The translations under genes and the position numbers were made by a program. Shown here piece by piece: positions 42,672 to 59,500 of a stretch of 64,000 bases of DNA. This stretch comes from Eledone cirrhosa (Eukaryota), in NCBI GenBank assembly GCA_964016885.1, contig OZ024740.1:107942001-108006000 (forward strand), written 5' to 3'. Under the pieces are notes generated by a model. It searched no databases and had not been told where the DNA came from. It saw only the letters and a program-made list of their open reading frames with translations. Each line of letters starts with the position of its first letter. Position 1 is the first letter of the stretch.

Positions 42672-42955
42672 GTTGTGGGCAGTGTCTGGTCGGCTGACCA
42701 TGCCTTGCTCATACAGGAACTGATTTTGGCTTGATTTCTACAGCTGGATGCCCTTCCTAACACCAACCTCATTTACAGTAACTGCTGGGTGCTTTTTTTT
42801 CGTGGCGCCTACACGTCCACCTTACAGTGTGGGCTGGGTGCTTTTTTGCCGTGGCACCTCCATGACCACTTTGCAGTGGGGGGGGGGGGGGCATATTGTC
42901 TATATGCTTCAGCTTGTACCCATGAGAGGTCGGGTACTCTGTATTACTGCGTGAC
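42672..42955 (-). mobile_element. RTE subfamily C 3' fragment
   Basis: Reverse complement of ~45961-46240 with scattered differences. Confidence 0.9.
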
Positions 42956-42983
42956 ATATAGATATATATATATGTATATACAT

Positions 42984-45900
42984 ATCAATGTAGGCTCAAT
43001 GAAAGGAAGAGCAGGAGAAATCGTAGAAATGCTAGAGCGAAAGGAAGTTGATGTATGCTGTGTGCAAGAGACTAGATGGAGAGGAGGGTCTGCTAGAGTC
43101 CTTGTAGGAAAAAGCCAGTGCTACAAATTTTTCTGGATGGGAAATGACGATGGGATGGGTGGTGTAGGTATACTATTAGCTGACAAGTGGGCAGATAAAG
43201 TAATCTCAGTGTACAGGGTAAATGCAAGAATCATTAAACTCAGACTAGTCCTGAATAAGACAATTACCACTATAATATCAGCTTACGCACCCCAATCGGG
43301 GCTGCCAGACGAACTTAAGGATAGGTTTTACGAGTCCCTAATACACACTACTGCTCTAACAGACGACAAGGACTTCCTAATCATTGCAGGAGATTTTAAC
43401 GGACACGTAGGTAAACACTGCGACGGCTTCAATAGAGTACATGGAGGCCATGGAGTTGGCACAAGGAATGCGGAAGGATTCAGACTTCTAGAATTCTGCG
43501 ACGCCAATGACATGTCGATATGTAACACAAACTTTAAAAAACCCGACAACCACCTGATCACCTATAGATCAGGGGAGCACTCTAGTCAGTTAGATTTTAT
43601 CCTCATCAGAGGACGTGACAGATGGACGGTCGTAAACACAAAAGCCTTCCCTAGTGAGGAATGTACATCCCAACATAGCTTAGTTGTCAGCGACCTCGCG
43701 GTCAGAACTAGACGAACCCGGAAACAGAGGCCAACCTGGAGAAGAAAGATCTGGAAGATGAAAGTCCCCTCAACCAGTAACAGATTTAAAGATATTTTAC
43801 TCAACGCCTACGACAGTAAAGAAGAACAGATACAGACATTTAACGTAGAAGAGAACTGGGAGTTCCTAAAATATAACTTACTAGAGGCGATGGATGAGGT
43901 TTGTGGCTGGAGTAAGACCTCAAGCAGGAGGAGAGTGACTTGGTGGTGGAACAATAAGGTAGATGAAGCAGTCAAGGCCAAGAGACAGGCATGGAAAGAA
44001 TGGAAGAATGGAGGGAGCAGGGTACATTACATAGAGACCAAGAGGGAAGCTAGGCGACAAGTATACTTAGCTAGGAGGGAAGCAGAGGATAGAAAATTCA
44101 AGCATGTTTTACAACGTGAGGACCAGAAACAGGAGGTATTTAAGATTGCGAGGCAGTGTGTCAGAGATAGTTGTGATGTCATTGGAGAGAAGTGTATCCG
44201 GAATGATAAAGGTGAGCTTGCCCTCACAAGTGCTGAGAAGAAAGATGCATGGAAGAGTCATTATGATAGATTACTAAATGAGGAGAATGCATGGGAAGAA
44301 GAGACCCTACCCCATGTAGACCCTATAGAGGGACCAGCAGTACAAGTCAGCGGCAGCGTAGTAAGTAAGGCAATCAGAGATATGAAGATGGGGAAGGCAA
44401 CCGGTCCATCGGGTATAGCTGCCGAGATGCTGAAGGCATCTGGGTCTGTAGGTCACACTATAACCACACGTATCGTTAACCAGGTAATACTAGAAGGGGC
44501 CATACCAAAAGATTGGTGCAGTAGCATCATTGTCAACTGCTACAAAGGTAAAGGCGATGCACTAGATAGAGGAAACTATAGAGATATAAAGTTGATGGAC
44601 CAGGTCATGAAAGTAACAGAAAGAGTTATAGCACAGTTGATTAGGGACCGGGTGAATATAGACGAGATGCAATTTGGGTTTGTACCAGGGAGAGGCACCA
44701 CTGATGCCCTCTTCCTTGTGAGGCAATTACAGGAAAAGTACCTAGCTAAAAGTAAGCCACTCTACTTGGCATTTGTCGACCTTGAGAAAGCCTTTGACAG
44801 AGTTCCACGTGCAGTAATCTGGTGGGCTCTTAGAAAACTAGGAGTAGATGAATGGCTTGTGAAAGCGGTACAAGCCATGTATAGGGGAGCAGTCAGCAAA
44901 GTTAGGATTAGCAATGAGTATAGAGAGGAATTTAGCATACAGGTTGGGGTCCACCAGGGCTCTGTTCTTAGCCCTCTCCTGTTCATCATAGTCCTGCAGG
45001 CAATAACGGAGGAGTTTAAGACCGGATGCCCATGGGAACTCCTGTATGCTGATGACCTCGCACTCATAGCTGAATCTATGGTAGAACTAGAGAATAAATT
45101 CCAAACCTGGAAGCAGGGACTAGAGAGAAAGGGCCTCAAAGACAACATGACAAAGACTAAGGTCCTTGTAAGTAGACGAGAAAACAGAACCCAGATCCCC
45201 TCAGGGAAATGGCCTTGCTCAGTATGTAGGAAAGGTGTAGGTAGGAACTCCATTCTCTGCCCCAAATGCAAACAATGGGTACACAAGAGATGTAGCGGGA
45301 TCTCAGGAAGCTTAATTAAGAATGTAGGATTCACATGCAGCAGCTGTGCTGAAACAGCAAGCAAACAGCCACAGGAAACAAGTACCACCAATCTCTGGGA
45401 GGGCCCGGTAGAAACAGTAGACAGCTTCTGCTACCTAGGTGACCGAATTAGCAACGGAGGTGGGTGCTCAGAAAGTACAATAACTAGGGTAAGAACGGGA
45501 TGGAAGAAGTTTAGGGAACTACTACCACTGCTAGCTGCAAAAGGCTTCTCCCTCAGAATGAAAGGCAGACTGTATGATGCGTGTATCCGAACAGCGATGT
45601 TGCATGGTAGTGAGACCTGGGCGCTGAAGGTGGAAGACTTACGTAGATTAGAGAGAAACGAAGCCTGCATGCTCCGATGGATGTGTAACAGTAATATACG
45701 TGAACGACAAAGCATAAAGGAATTGAGAGAGAGACTGAGCATAAGAGGAATCAAATGCTGCGTGCAGGAGAGGCGGTTACGCTGGTATGGACATGTGATG
45801 CGTATGAAGGATGACAGCTGCATAAAAAGGTGCAGAGCACTAGAAGTTGATGGAAACCGCGGAGTGGGGAGACCCAAGATGACTTGGGATGAGGTGATAA

Positions 45901-46007
45901 AAGCCGACCTTACCCAACTACACCTCTCAAAGTCAATGACACACGACCGTGACTTCTGGCGTCACGCAGTAATACAGGGTACCCGACCTCCCATGGGTAC
46001 ATGCTGA
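42984..46007 (+). CDS. RTE ORF (APE + RT + PHD finger), uninterrupted but missing its native start
   Basis: [35 protein letters not shown]4HC3; the ORF-track N-terminus from 42789 is unrelated sequence. Confidence 0.85.
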   Translation: MNVGSMKGRAGEIVEMLERKEVDVCCVQETRWRGGSARVLVGKSQCYKFFWMGNDDGMGGVGILLADKWADKVISVYRVNARIIKLRLVLNKTITTIISAYAPQSGLPDELKDRFYESLIHTTALTDDKDFLIIAGDFNGHVGKHCDGFNRVHGGHGVGTRNAEGFRLLEFCDANDMSICNTNFKKPDNHLITYRSGEHSSQLDFILIRGRDRWTVVNTKAFPSEECTSQHSLVVSDLAVRTRRTRKQRPTWRRKIWKMKVPSTSNRFKDILLNAYDSKEEQIQTFNVEENWEFLKYNLLEAMDEVCGWSKTSSRRRVTWWWNNKVDEAVKAKRQAWKEWKNGGSRVHYIETKREARRQVYLARREAEDRKFKHVLQREDQKQEVFKIARQCVRDSCDVIGEKCIRNDKGELALTSAEKKDAWKSHYDRLLNEENAWEEETLPHVDPIEGPAVQVSGSVVSKAIRDMKMGKATGPSGIAAEMLKASGSVGHTITTRIVNQVILEGAIPKDWCSSIIVNCYKGKGDALDRGNYRDIKLMDQVMKVTERVIAQLIRDRVNIDEMQFGFVPGRGTTDALFLVRQLQEKYLAKSKPLYLAFVDLEKAFDRVPRAVIWWALRKLGVDEWLVKAVQAMYRGAVSKVRISNEYREEFSIQVGVHQGSVLSPLLFIIVLQAITEEFKTGCPWELLYADDLALIAESMVELENKFQTWKQGLERKGLKDNMTKTKVLVSRRENRTQIPSGKWPCSVCRKGVGRNSILCPKCKQWVHKRCSGISGSLIKNVGFTCSSCAETASKQPQETSTTNLWEGPVETVDSFCYLGDRISNGGGCSESTITRVRTGWKKFRELLPLLAAKGFSLRMKGRLYDACIRTAMLHGSETWALKVEDLRRLERNEACMLRWMCNSNIRERQSIKELRERLSIRGIKCCVQERRLRWYGHVMRMKDDSCIKRCRALEVDGNRGVGRPKMTWDEVIKADLTQLHLSKSMTHDRDFWRHAVIQGTRPPMGTC

Positions 46008-46305
46008 AGCATATAAACAATATGCCCCCCCCCCCCCCACCGCAAGGTGGTCGTGGAGGTGCCACGGCAAAAAAGCACCCAGCCGACACTGTAAAGTGGA
46101 CGTGTAGGCGCCACGAAAAAGCACCCAGCACTCACTGTAAATGAGGTTGGTGTTAGGAAGGGCATCCAGCTGTAGAAATCAAGCCAGATCAGTTCCTGTA
46201 TGAGCAAGGCATGGTCAGCCGACCAGACACTGCCCACAACAGGACAACCCGTCTCACCCATGCTAGCGTGGAAGAACGGACGTAAAACGGTGATGATGAT
46301 GATGA
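42984..46305 (+). mobile_element. RTE LINE, near full length (subfamily C)
   Basis: Begins inside the first APE motif; 3' UTR and (GAT)n tail present. Confidence 0.95.
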
Positions 46306-46409
46306 TATATATACATATATATGTATATACATATATATATATATATATGTATATACATATATATATATATATGTATATACATATATATATATATATATGT
46401 ATATACATA

Positions 46410-46446
<37 letters not shown>

Positions 46447-46655
46447 GTATATACATATATATATATATATATATATGTATATACATATATATATATATAT
46501 ATGTATATACATATATATATATATATATGTATATACATATATATATATATATGTATATACATATATATATATATATATGTATATACATATATATATATAT
46601 ATATATATGTATATACATATATATATATATGTATATACATATATATATATATATG

Positions 46656-46701
<46 letters not shown>

Positions 46702-46721
46702 TATATGTATATACATATATG

Positions 46722-46755
<34 letters not shown>

Positions 46756-46756
46756 C

Positions 46757-46788
<32 letters not shown>

Positions 46789-46819
46789 GTATATACATAT
46801 ATATATATATATATATATG

Positions 46820-46853
<34 letters not shown>

Positions 46854-46947
46854 CATATATATATATATATGTATATACATATATATATATATATATGTAT
46901 ATACATATATATATATATATGTATATACATATATATATATATATATG

Positions 46948-46989
<42 letters not shown>

Positions 46990-47151
46990 CATATATATAT
47001 ATGTATATACATATATATATATATATATTTATATACATATATATATATGTATATACATATATATATATATATGTATATACATATATATATATATATATGT
47101 ATATACATATATATATATATATATGTATATACATATATATATATATATATG

Positions 47152-47218
<67 letters not shown>
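46306..47218. repeat. Degenerate (TA)n microsatellite
   Basis: TATGTATATACATA units, seen directly. Confidence 0.98.
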
Positions 47219-47226
<8 letters not shown>

Positions 47227-47377
47227 ATACTTTGGGAGGGTCATGTTGCCAATAAGAAACACACGCACCAGTTGCTTTCACTTCAATTTAATTTAATATA
47301 TATTTATAAATTTACAAATTTATAAATTTCTGGTTGGTTGGTTGGTTCCACAACCAGATAGTTGTTTATATATATAT

Positions 47378-47422
47378 AGTCATAGTTCTTTCGTCACACA
47401 CTCTGTGACCTCTTCAGTGACT
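47378..47422 (-). ncRNA. Minimal type I hammerhead ribozyme
   Basis: Same sequence as 18381-18425. Confidence 0.75.
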
Positions 47423-47542
47423 GGGGATTTCTTTCTTCGTTTCTGTGCCTTTCCTTTCTTCTATCCTACGCCATTTTTACGCCAGAAAAAATGGCGTAGG
47501 ATAGAAGAAAGGAAAGGCACAGAAACGAAGAAAGAAATCCCC

Positions 47543-47587
47543 AGTCACTGAAGAGGTCACAGAGTGTGTGACGAAAGAACTATGACT
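47543..47587 (+). ncRNA. Minimal type I hammerhead ribozyme
   Basis: Same sequence as 18381-18425. Confidence 0.75.
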
Positions 47588-47803
47588 ATATATATATAAA
47601 CAACTATCTGGTTGTGGAACCAACCAACCAACCAGAAATTTATAAATTTGTAAATTTATAAATATATATTAAATTAAATTGAAGTGAAAGCAACTGGTGC
47701 GTGTGTTTCTTATTGGCAACATGACCCTCCCAAAGTATAACAATATCGGTTTCAACACACGATTTCAGATAAAGAATCTTGTTAAACAAATTCAGAAACG
47801 AAA

Positions 47804-50241
<2,438 letters not shown>

Positions 50242-50644
50242 TTGGTAAACGGAATAGAAAATGCTGACAAATTGTTCACAGTTGAAAAATGGTTTAATTA
50301 GGAATAAAAGAGTATTAGTGATTGTATGGGTTAGTATTCAGTTGTGGTTTTTAAGTTTTTACCGGTTGCGCATTTCTAAATGCTTTTCAAAAATAATTTT
50401 GAGATAGAGTGTCCATGCTGTTTGCTCTGATATACATATATATATATGTATATACATATATATATATGTATATACATATATATATATGTATATACATATA
50501 TATATATACATATACATATATATATATACATATATATGTATATATATACATATATATATAAATAATTTTGAGATAGAGTGTCCGTGCTGTTTGCTCTGAT
50601 ATACATATATATACATATATATACATATATATATATGTATATAC

Positions 50645-50715
<71 letters not shown>

Positions 50716-50716
50716 C

Positions 50717-50794
<78 letters not shown>

Positions 50795-50916
50795 GTATAT
50801 ACATATATATATATATATGTATATACATATATATATATATATGTATATACATATATATATATATATATGTATATACATATATATATATGTATATACATAT
50901 ATATATATGTATATAC

Positions 50917-50967
<51 letters not shown>

Positions 50968-51704
50968 CATATATATATATGTATATACATATATATATAT
51001 ATATATGTATATACATATATATATATGTATATACATATATATATATGTATATATATGTATATATATATATGTATATATATATGTATATATATGTATATAT
51101 ATATATGTATATACATATATATATATGTATATATATGTATATATATATATGTATATATATATGTATATATATGTATATATATATATGTATATACATATAT
51201 ATATATGTATATACATATATATATATGTATATATATGTATATATATATATGTATATACATATATATATACATATATATATATGTATATACATATATATAT
51301 ATGTATATATATGTATATATATATATGTATATACATATATATATACATATATATATATGTATATACATATATATATATGTATATATATGTATATATTTAT
51401 ATGTATATACATATATATATATGTATATACATATATATATATGTATATACATATATATATATATACATATATATATATACATATATATACATATATATAT
51501 ATGTATATACATATATATATATGTATATACATATATATATATATATATGTATATACATATATATATATGTATATACATATATATATATATATATGTATAT
51601 GTATATATGTATATATATACATATATATGTATATATATACATATATATATATATATGTATATACATATATATATATGTATATATATATATGTATATATAA
51701 ACGA

Positions 51705-51786
51705 ACCTTCTGACGAGAATCTCTCTTTGCAACGAAGGCCGTATGGCCTCCGTTTATTTTTGGATTCGAAACCGATCTGTAAAGGT
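51705..51786 (+). ncRNA. Type I hammerhead ribozyme in a ~155-bp PLE end (51699-51856)
   Basis: ACCUU-CUGACGA-GAAUC...GAUUC-GAAA-C(CGAUCU)G-UA-AAGGU; canonical core, nested hairpin in helix II. Confidence 0.85.
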
Positions 51787-51856
51787 AACTATAGTAGGTA
51801 AAGTCAATTTTTTAAAATTTATTTTGAAACTTTTTCATTATTTGCTAAACCTTGTT

Positions 51857-51888
<32 letters not shown>

Positions 51889-52149
51889 CATATATATATA
51901 TATACACATATATATGTATATATATATATATATATGTATATATATACATATATATCTATATATATACATATATATGTATATATATACATATATATGTATA
52001 TATATACATATGTATGTATATATATGTATATACATATGTATATATATATATGAGTGTGTGTGTGTATGAAAGAGCAGGAGGAGCAGTAAAGAAAGAGGGG
52101 GAGAAAGAGAACACCCGAGGTGTTGAAATTAAATTACAAACAAAGATTT

Positions 52150-53230
52150 CTGGAAATGTTAGATTTTAAAAATTAACTCCCCCCACATACACAAACGATC
52201 AATGTCAACAGTGTAGAAATGTTACAGTATTTTAAAAATTAACTCCTCCCACATACACAAACAATCAATGTCAACAGTGTAGAAATGTTACAGTATTTTA
52301 ATAATTAACTCCTCCCACATACACAAACGATCAATGTCAAGTGTAGAAATGTTACAGTATTTTAAAAATTAACTCCTCCCACATACACAAACGATCAATG
52401 TCAACAGTGTAGAAATGTTACAGTATTTTAAAAATTAACTCCTCCCACATACACAAACGATCAATGTCAACAGTGTAGAAATGTTACAATATTTTAAAAA
52501 TTAACTCCTCCCACATACACAAACAATCAATGTTAACAGTGTAGAAATGTTACAATATTATAATAATTAACTCCTCCCACATACACAAACGATCAATGTT
52601 AACAGTGTAGAAATGTTACAATATTTTAATAATTAACTCCTCCCACATACACAAACAATCAATGTTAACAGTGTAGAAATGTTACAATATTTTAATAATT
52701 AACTCCTCCCACATACACAAACAATCAATGTTAACAGTGTAGAAATGTTACAATATTATAATAATTAACTCCTCCCACATACACAAACGATCAATGTTAA
52801 CAGTGTAGAAATGTTACAATATTTTAATAATTAACTCCTCCCACATACACAAACAATCAATGTTAACAGTGTAGAAATGTTACAATATTTTAATAATTAA
52901 CTCCTCCCACATACACAAACAATCAATGTTAACAGTGTAGAAATGTTACAATATTTTAAAAATTAACTCCTCCCATATACACAAATTATCAATGTTAACA
53001 GTGTAGAAATGTTACAATATTTTAATAATTAACTCCTCCCATATACACAAATTATCAATGTTAACAGTGTAGAAATGTTAGATTCTCATAATAATTAACT
53101 CCTCCCACAAACAGAAATTATCAATGTTAATAATAAAAAATATTAGAATATTATAATAATTAGCTACAAACACAAAAGATTACGGTCTACAGTGTACAAA
53201 TGTTAGAATATTTTAATAATTAGCTCCTCC
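52150..53230. repeat. 66-bp tandem repeat, ~16 copies
   Basis: Unit tagaaatgttacagtattttaaaaattaactcctcccacatacacaaacgatcaatgtcaacagtg; period measured 52211 to 52277. Confidence 0.95.
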
Positions 53231-53340
53231 TTACTTAAAAAAAAGATTTTTTTAAAAATAAATGCGAGTTGATCAGGTAGAGTATCCAACCGTAGAATTG
53301 TAACTCAATAAATCTCAACCAGTTTATACCAGCATGGGAA

Positions 53341-53510
53341 ATCATCATCATGACCACAATTTTACATCGTTGTTCCTTGCATGCTAGGGTTAGACGACCA
53401 GGGACGTATTGAGGCTTGACATGCTAGATGACTGTCTTGCTCATACATTTCATTCTGGCATGGTTTCTAGAGCTGGATACCCAACACTAACACTTTATAG
53501 AGTTTTATAG
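53341..53510 (-). mobile_element. Decayed RTE-type 3' end
   Basis: (CAT)n, 'tgtcttgctc', 'ggtttctagagctggataccc', 'aacactaacacttta' in the same order as the RTE tails here. Confidence 0.65.
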
Positions 53511-56500
53511 AGTACTACCACTTTACAGTGTGGGCTGAGTGAATGTTATTGTGTCACCAGTACTACCATTTTACATTATGGGCTGAGTGAATGTTATTGT
53601 GACACCAACACTTCCACTTTACAGTGTGGGCTGAGTGAATGTTATTGTGACACCAGTACTACCATTTTACAGTATGGGCTGAGTGAATGTTATTGTGACA
53701 CCAACACTTCCACTTTACAGTGTGGGCTGAGTGAATGTTATTATGACACCAACACTTCCACTTTACAGTGTGGGCTGAGTGAATGTTATTGTGACACCAA
53801 CACTTCCACTTTACAGTGTGGGCTGAGTGAATGTTATTGTGACACCAACACTTCCACTTTACAGTGTGGGCTGAGTGAATGTTATTGTGACACCAACACT
53901 TCCACTTTACAGTTTGGGCTGAGTGAATGTTATTGTGACACCAACACTTCCACTTTACAGTGTGGGCTGAGTGAATGTTATTGTGACACCAACACTTCCA
54001 CTTTACAGTGTGGGCTGAGTGAATGTTATTGTGACACCAACACTTCCACTTTACAGTGTGGGCTGAGTGAATGTTATTGTGACACCAACACTTTCACTTT
54101 ACAGTGTGGGCTGAGTGAATGTTATTGTGACACCAACACTTCCACTTTACAGTTTGGGCTGAGTGAATGTTATTGTGACACCAACACTTCCACTTTACAG
54201 TGTGGGCTGAGTGAATGTTATTGTGACACCAGTACTTCCACTTTACAGTGTGGGCTGAGTGAATGTTATTGTGACACCAACACTTCCACTTTACAGTGTG
54301 GGCTGAGTGAATGTAATTATGACACCAGTACTTCCACTTTACAATGTGGACTGAGTGAATGTTATTGTGACACCAACACTTCCACTTTACAGTGTGGGCT
54401 GAGTGAATGTTATTATGACACCATTACTACCACTTTACAGTGTGGGCTGAGTGAATGTTATTGTGACACCAACACTTCCACATTACAGTGTGGGCTGAGT
54501 GAATGTTATTGTGACACCAACACTTCCACTTTGCAGTGTGGGCTGAGTGAATGTTATTGTGACACCAGTACTACCACTTTACAGTGTGGGCTGAGTGAAT
54601 GTTATTGTGACACCAACACTTCCACATTACAGTGTGGGCTGAGTGAATGTTATTGTGACACCAACACTTCCACTTTACAGTGTGGGCTGAGTGAATGTTA
54701 TTGTGACACCAACACTTCCACATTACAGTGTGGGCTGAGTGAATGTTATTGTGACACCAACACTTCCACATTACAGTGTGGGCTGAGTGAATGTTATTGT
54801 GACACCAACACTTCCACTTTACAGTGTGGGCTGAGTGAATGTTATTGTGACACCAACACTTCCACTTTACAGTGTGGGCTGAGTGATTGTTATTATGACA
54901 CCAACACTTCCACTTTACAGTGTGGGCTGAGTGAATGTTATTGTGACACCGGTACTTCCACTTTACAGTGTGGGCTGAGTGAATGTTATTGTTTACACCA
55001 ACACTTCCACTTTACAGTGTGGGCTGAGTGAATGTTATTGTTTACACCAACACTTCCACTTTACAGTGTGGGCTGAGTGAATGTTATTATGACACCAGTA
55101 ATTCCACTTTACAGTGTGGGCTGAGTGAATGTTGTTGTGACACCAACACTACCACTTTACAGTATGGGCTGAGTGAATGTTATTGTGACACCAACACTTC
55201 CACTTTACAGTGTGGGCTGAGTGAATGTTATTGTTTACACCAACACTTCCACTTTACAGTGTGGGCTGAGTGAATGTTATTGTGACACCAGTACTACCAC
55301 TTTACAGTGTGGGCTGAGTGAATGTTATTGTTTACACCAACACTTCCACTTTACAGTGTGGGCTGAGTGAATGTTATTGTGACACCAGTACTACCACTTT
55401 ACAGTGTGGGCTGAGTGAATGTTGTTGTGACACCAACACTACCACTTTACAGTATGGGCTGAGTGAATGTTATTGTGACACTAACACTACCACTTTACAG
55501 TGTGGGCTGAGTGAATGTTATTGTGACACCAACACTTCCACTTTACAGTGTGGGCTGAGTGAATGTTATTGTTTACACCAACACTTCCACTTTACAGTGT
55601 GGGCTGAGTGAATGTTATTGTGACACCAACACTTCCACTTTACAGTGTGGGCTGAGTGAATGTTATTGTTTACACCAACACTTCCACTTTACAGTGTGGG
55701 CTGAGTGAATGTTATTGTGACACCAGTACTACCACTTTACAGTGTGGGCTGAGTGAATGTTGTTGTGACACCAACACTACCACTTTACAGTATGGGCTGA
55801 GTGAATGTTATTGTGACACCAACACTACCACTTTACAGTGTGGGCTGAGTGAATGTTATTGTGACACCAACATTTCCACTTTACAGTGTGGGCTGAGTGA
55901 GTGTTATTTTGACACCAACACTTCCACTTTACAGTGTGGGCTGAGTGAATGTAATTATGACACCAGTACTTCCACTTTACAGTGTGGACTGAGTGAATGT
56001 TATTGTGACACCAACACTTCCACTTTACAGTGTGGGCTGAGTGAATGTTATTATGACACCAGTACTTCCACTTTGCAGTGTGGGCTGAGTGAATGTTATT
56101 GTGACACCAGTACTACCATTTTACAGTGTGGGCTGAGTGAATGTTATTGTGACACCAACACTTCCACTTTACAGTGTGGGCTGAGTGAATGTTATTGTGA
56201 CACCAACACTTCCACTTTACAGTGTGGGCTGAGTGAATGTTATTGTAACACCAACACTTTCACTTTACATTGTGTGCTGAGTGAATGTTATTATGACACC
56301 AGTACTTCCACTTTACAGTGTGGGCTGAGTGAATGTTATTGTGACACCAGTACTACCACTTTACAGTGTGGGCTGGGTGAATGTTATTGTGACACCAGTA
56401 CTACCACTTTACAGTGTGGGCTGAGTGAATGTTATTGTAACACCAACACTTCCACTTTGCAGTGTGGGCTGAGTGAATGTTATTGTGACACCAGTACTAC

Positions 56501-59500
56501 CTCTTTACAGTGTGGGCTGAGTGAATGTTATTGTGACACCAACACTTCCACTTTACAGTGTGGGCTGAGTGAATGTTATTGTGACACCAACACTTCCACT
56601 TTACAGTGTGGGCTGAGTGAATGTTATTGTGACACCAACACTTCCACTTTACAGTGTGGGCTGAGTGAATGTTATTGTGACACCAACACTTCCACTTTAC
56701 AGTGTGGGCTGAGTGAATGTTATTGTGACACCAACACTACCTCTTTACAGTGTGGGCTGAGTGAATGTTATTGTGACACCAACACTTCCACTTTACAGTG
56801 TGGGCTGAGTGAATGTTATTATGACACCAACACTTCCACTTTACAGTGTGGGCTGAGTGAATGTTATTGTGACACCAACACTTCCACTTTACAGTGTGGG
56901 CTGAGTGAATGTTATTGTAACACCAACACTTTCACTTTACAGTGTGGGCTGAGTGAATGTTATTGTAACACCAACACTTTCACTTTACAGTGTGGGCTGA
57001 GTGAATGTTATTGTGACACCAACACTTCCACTTTACAGTGTGGGCTGAGTGAATGTTATTGTAACACCAACACTTTCACTTTACAGTTTGGGCTGAGTAA
57101 ATGTTATTGTAACACCAACACTTTCACTTTACAGTGTGGGCTGAGTGAATGTTATTGTGACACCAACACTTCCACTTTACAGTGTGGGCTGAGTGAATGT
57201 TATTATGACACCAGTACTTCCACTTTACAGTGTGGGCTGAGTGAATGTTATTGTAACACCAACACTTTCACTTTACAGTGTGGGCTGAGTGAATGTTATT
57301 GTGACACCAACACTACCACTTTACAGTGTGGGCTGAGTGAATGTTATTATGACACCAGTACTTCCACTTTACAGTGTGGGCTGAGTGAATGTTATTGTGT
57401 CACCAGTACTACCACTTTACATTTACAGTGTAGGCTGAGTGAATGTTATTGTGACACCAACACTTCCACTTTACAGTGTGGGCTGAGTGAATGTTGTTGT
57501 GACACCAACACTACCACTTTACAGTATGGGCTGAGTGAATGTTATTGTGACACTAACACTACCACTTTACAGTGTGGGCTGAGTGAATGTTATTGTGACA
57601 CCAACACTTCCACTTTACAGTGTGGGCTGAGTGAATGTTATTGTTTACACCAACACTTCCACTTTACAGTGTGGGCTGAGTGAATGTTATTGTGACACCA
57701 ACACTTCCACTTTACAGTGTGGGCTGAGTGAATGTTATTGTTTACACCAACACTTCCACTTTACAGTGTGGGCTGAGTGAATGTTATTGTGACACCAGTA
57801 CTACCACTTTACAGTGTGGGCTGAGTGAATGTTGTTGTGACACCAACACTACCACTTTACAGTATGGGCTGAGTGAATGTTATTGTGACACCAACACTAC
57901 CACTTTACAGTGTGGGCTGAGTGAATGTTATTGTGACACCAACATTTCCACTTTACAGTGTGGGCTGAGTGAGTGTTATTTTGACACCAACACTTCCACT
58001 TTACAGTGTGGGCTGAGTGAATGTAATTATGACACCAGTACTTCCACTTTACAGTGTGGACTGAGTGAATGTTATTGTGACACCAACACTTCCACTTTAC
58101 AGTGTGGGCTGAGTGAATGTTATTATGACACCAGTACTTCCACTTTGCAGTGTGGGCTGAGTGAATGTTATTGTGACACCAGTACTACCATTTTACAGTG
58201 TGGGCTGAGTGAATGTTATTGTGACACCAACACTTCCACTTTACAGTGTGGGCTGAGTGAATGTTATTGTGACACCAACACTTCCACTTTACAGTGTGGG
58301 CTGAGTGAATGTTATTGTAACACCAACACTTTCACTTTACATTGTGTGCTGAGTGAATGTTATTATGACACCAGTACTTCCACTTTACAGTGTGGGCTGA
58401 GTGAATGTTATTGTGACACCAGTACTACCACTTTACAGTGTGGGCTGGGTGAATGTTATTGTGACACCAGTACTACCACTTTACAGTGTGGGCTGAGTGA
58501 ATGTTATTGTAACACCAACACTTCCACTTTGCAGTGTGGGCTGAGTGAATGTTATTGTGACACCAGTACTACCTCTTTACAGTGTGGGCTGAGTGAATGT
58601 TATTGTGACACCAACACTTCCACTTTACAGTGTGGGCTGAGTGAATGTTATTGTGACACCAACACTTCCACTTTACAGTGTGGGCTGAGTGAATGTTATT
58701 GTGACACCAACACTTCCACTTTACAGTGTGGGCTGAGTGAATGTTATTGTGACACCAACACTTCCACTTTACAGTGTGGGCTGAGTGAATGTTATTGTGA
58801 CACCAACACTACCTCTTTACAGTGTGGGCTGAGTGAATGTTATTGTGACACCAACACTTCCACTTTACAGTGTGGGCTGAGTGAATGTTATTATGACACC
58901 AACACTTCCACTTTACAGTGTGGGCTGAGTGAATGTTATTGTGACACCAACACTTCCACTTTACAGTGTGGGCTGAGTGAATGTTATTGTAACACCAACA
59001 CTTTCACTTTACAGTGTGGGCTGAGTGAATGTTATTGTAACACCAACACTTTCACTTTACAGTGTGGGCTGAGTGAATGTTATTGTGACACCAACACTTC
59101 CACTTTACAGTGTGGGCTGAGTGAATGTTATTGTAACACCAACACTTTCACTTTACAGTTTGGGCTGAGTAAATGTTATTGTAACACCAACACTTTCACT
59201 TTACAGTGTGGGCTGAGTGAATGTTATTGTGACACCAACACTTCCACTTTACAGTGTGGGCTGAGTGAATGTTATTATGACACCAGTACTTCCACTTTAC
59301 AGTGTGGGCTGAGTGAATGTTATTGTAACACCAACACTTTCACTTTACAGTGTGGGCTGAGTGAATGTTATTGTGACACCAACACTACCACTTTACAGTG
59401 TGGGCTGAGTGAATGTTATTATGACACCAGTACTTCCACTTTACAGTGTGGGCTGAGTGAATGTTATTGTGTCACCAGTACTACCACTTTACATTTACAG

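Larger units (their letters stand above)
47219..47803. mobile_element. Palindromic PLE pseudo-LTR element
   Basis: Arms 47219-47478 / 47487-47746, 8-nt spacer, ~57-bp right extension; same family as 19588-20140. Confidence 0.85.

Noticed and set aside
54531-57683. Cys-rich 16-aa repeat ORFs (LQCGLSECYCDTNTST), up to 675 aa
   Set aside because: The 48-bp unit is stop-free in one frame by chance; no ATG start, and +1 frameshift variants are tolerated.
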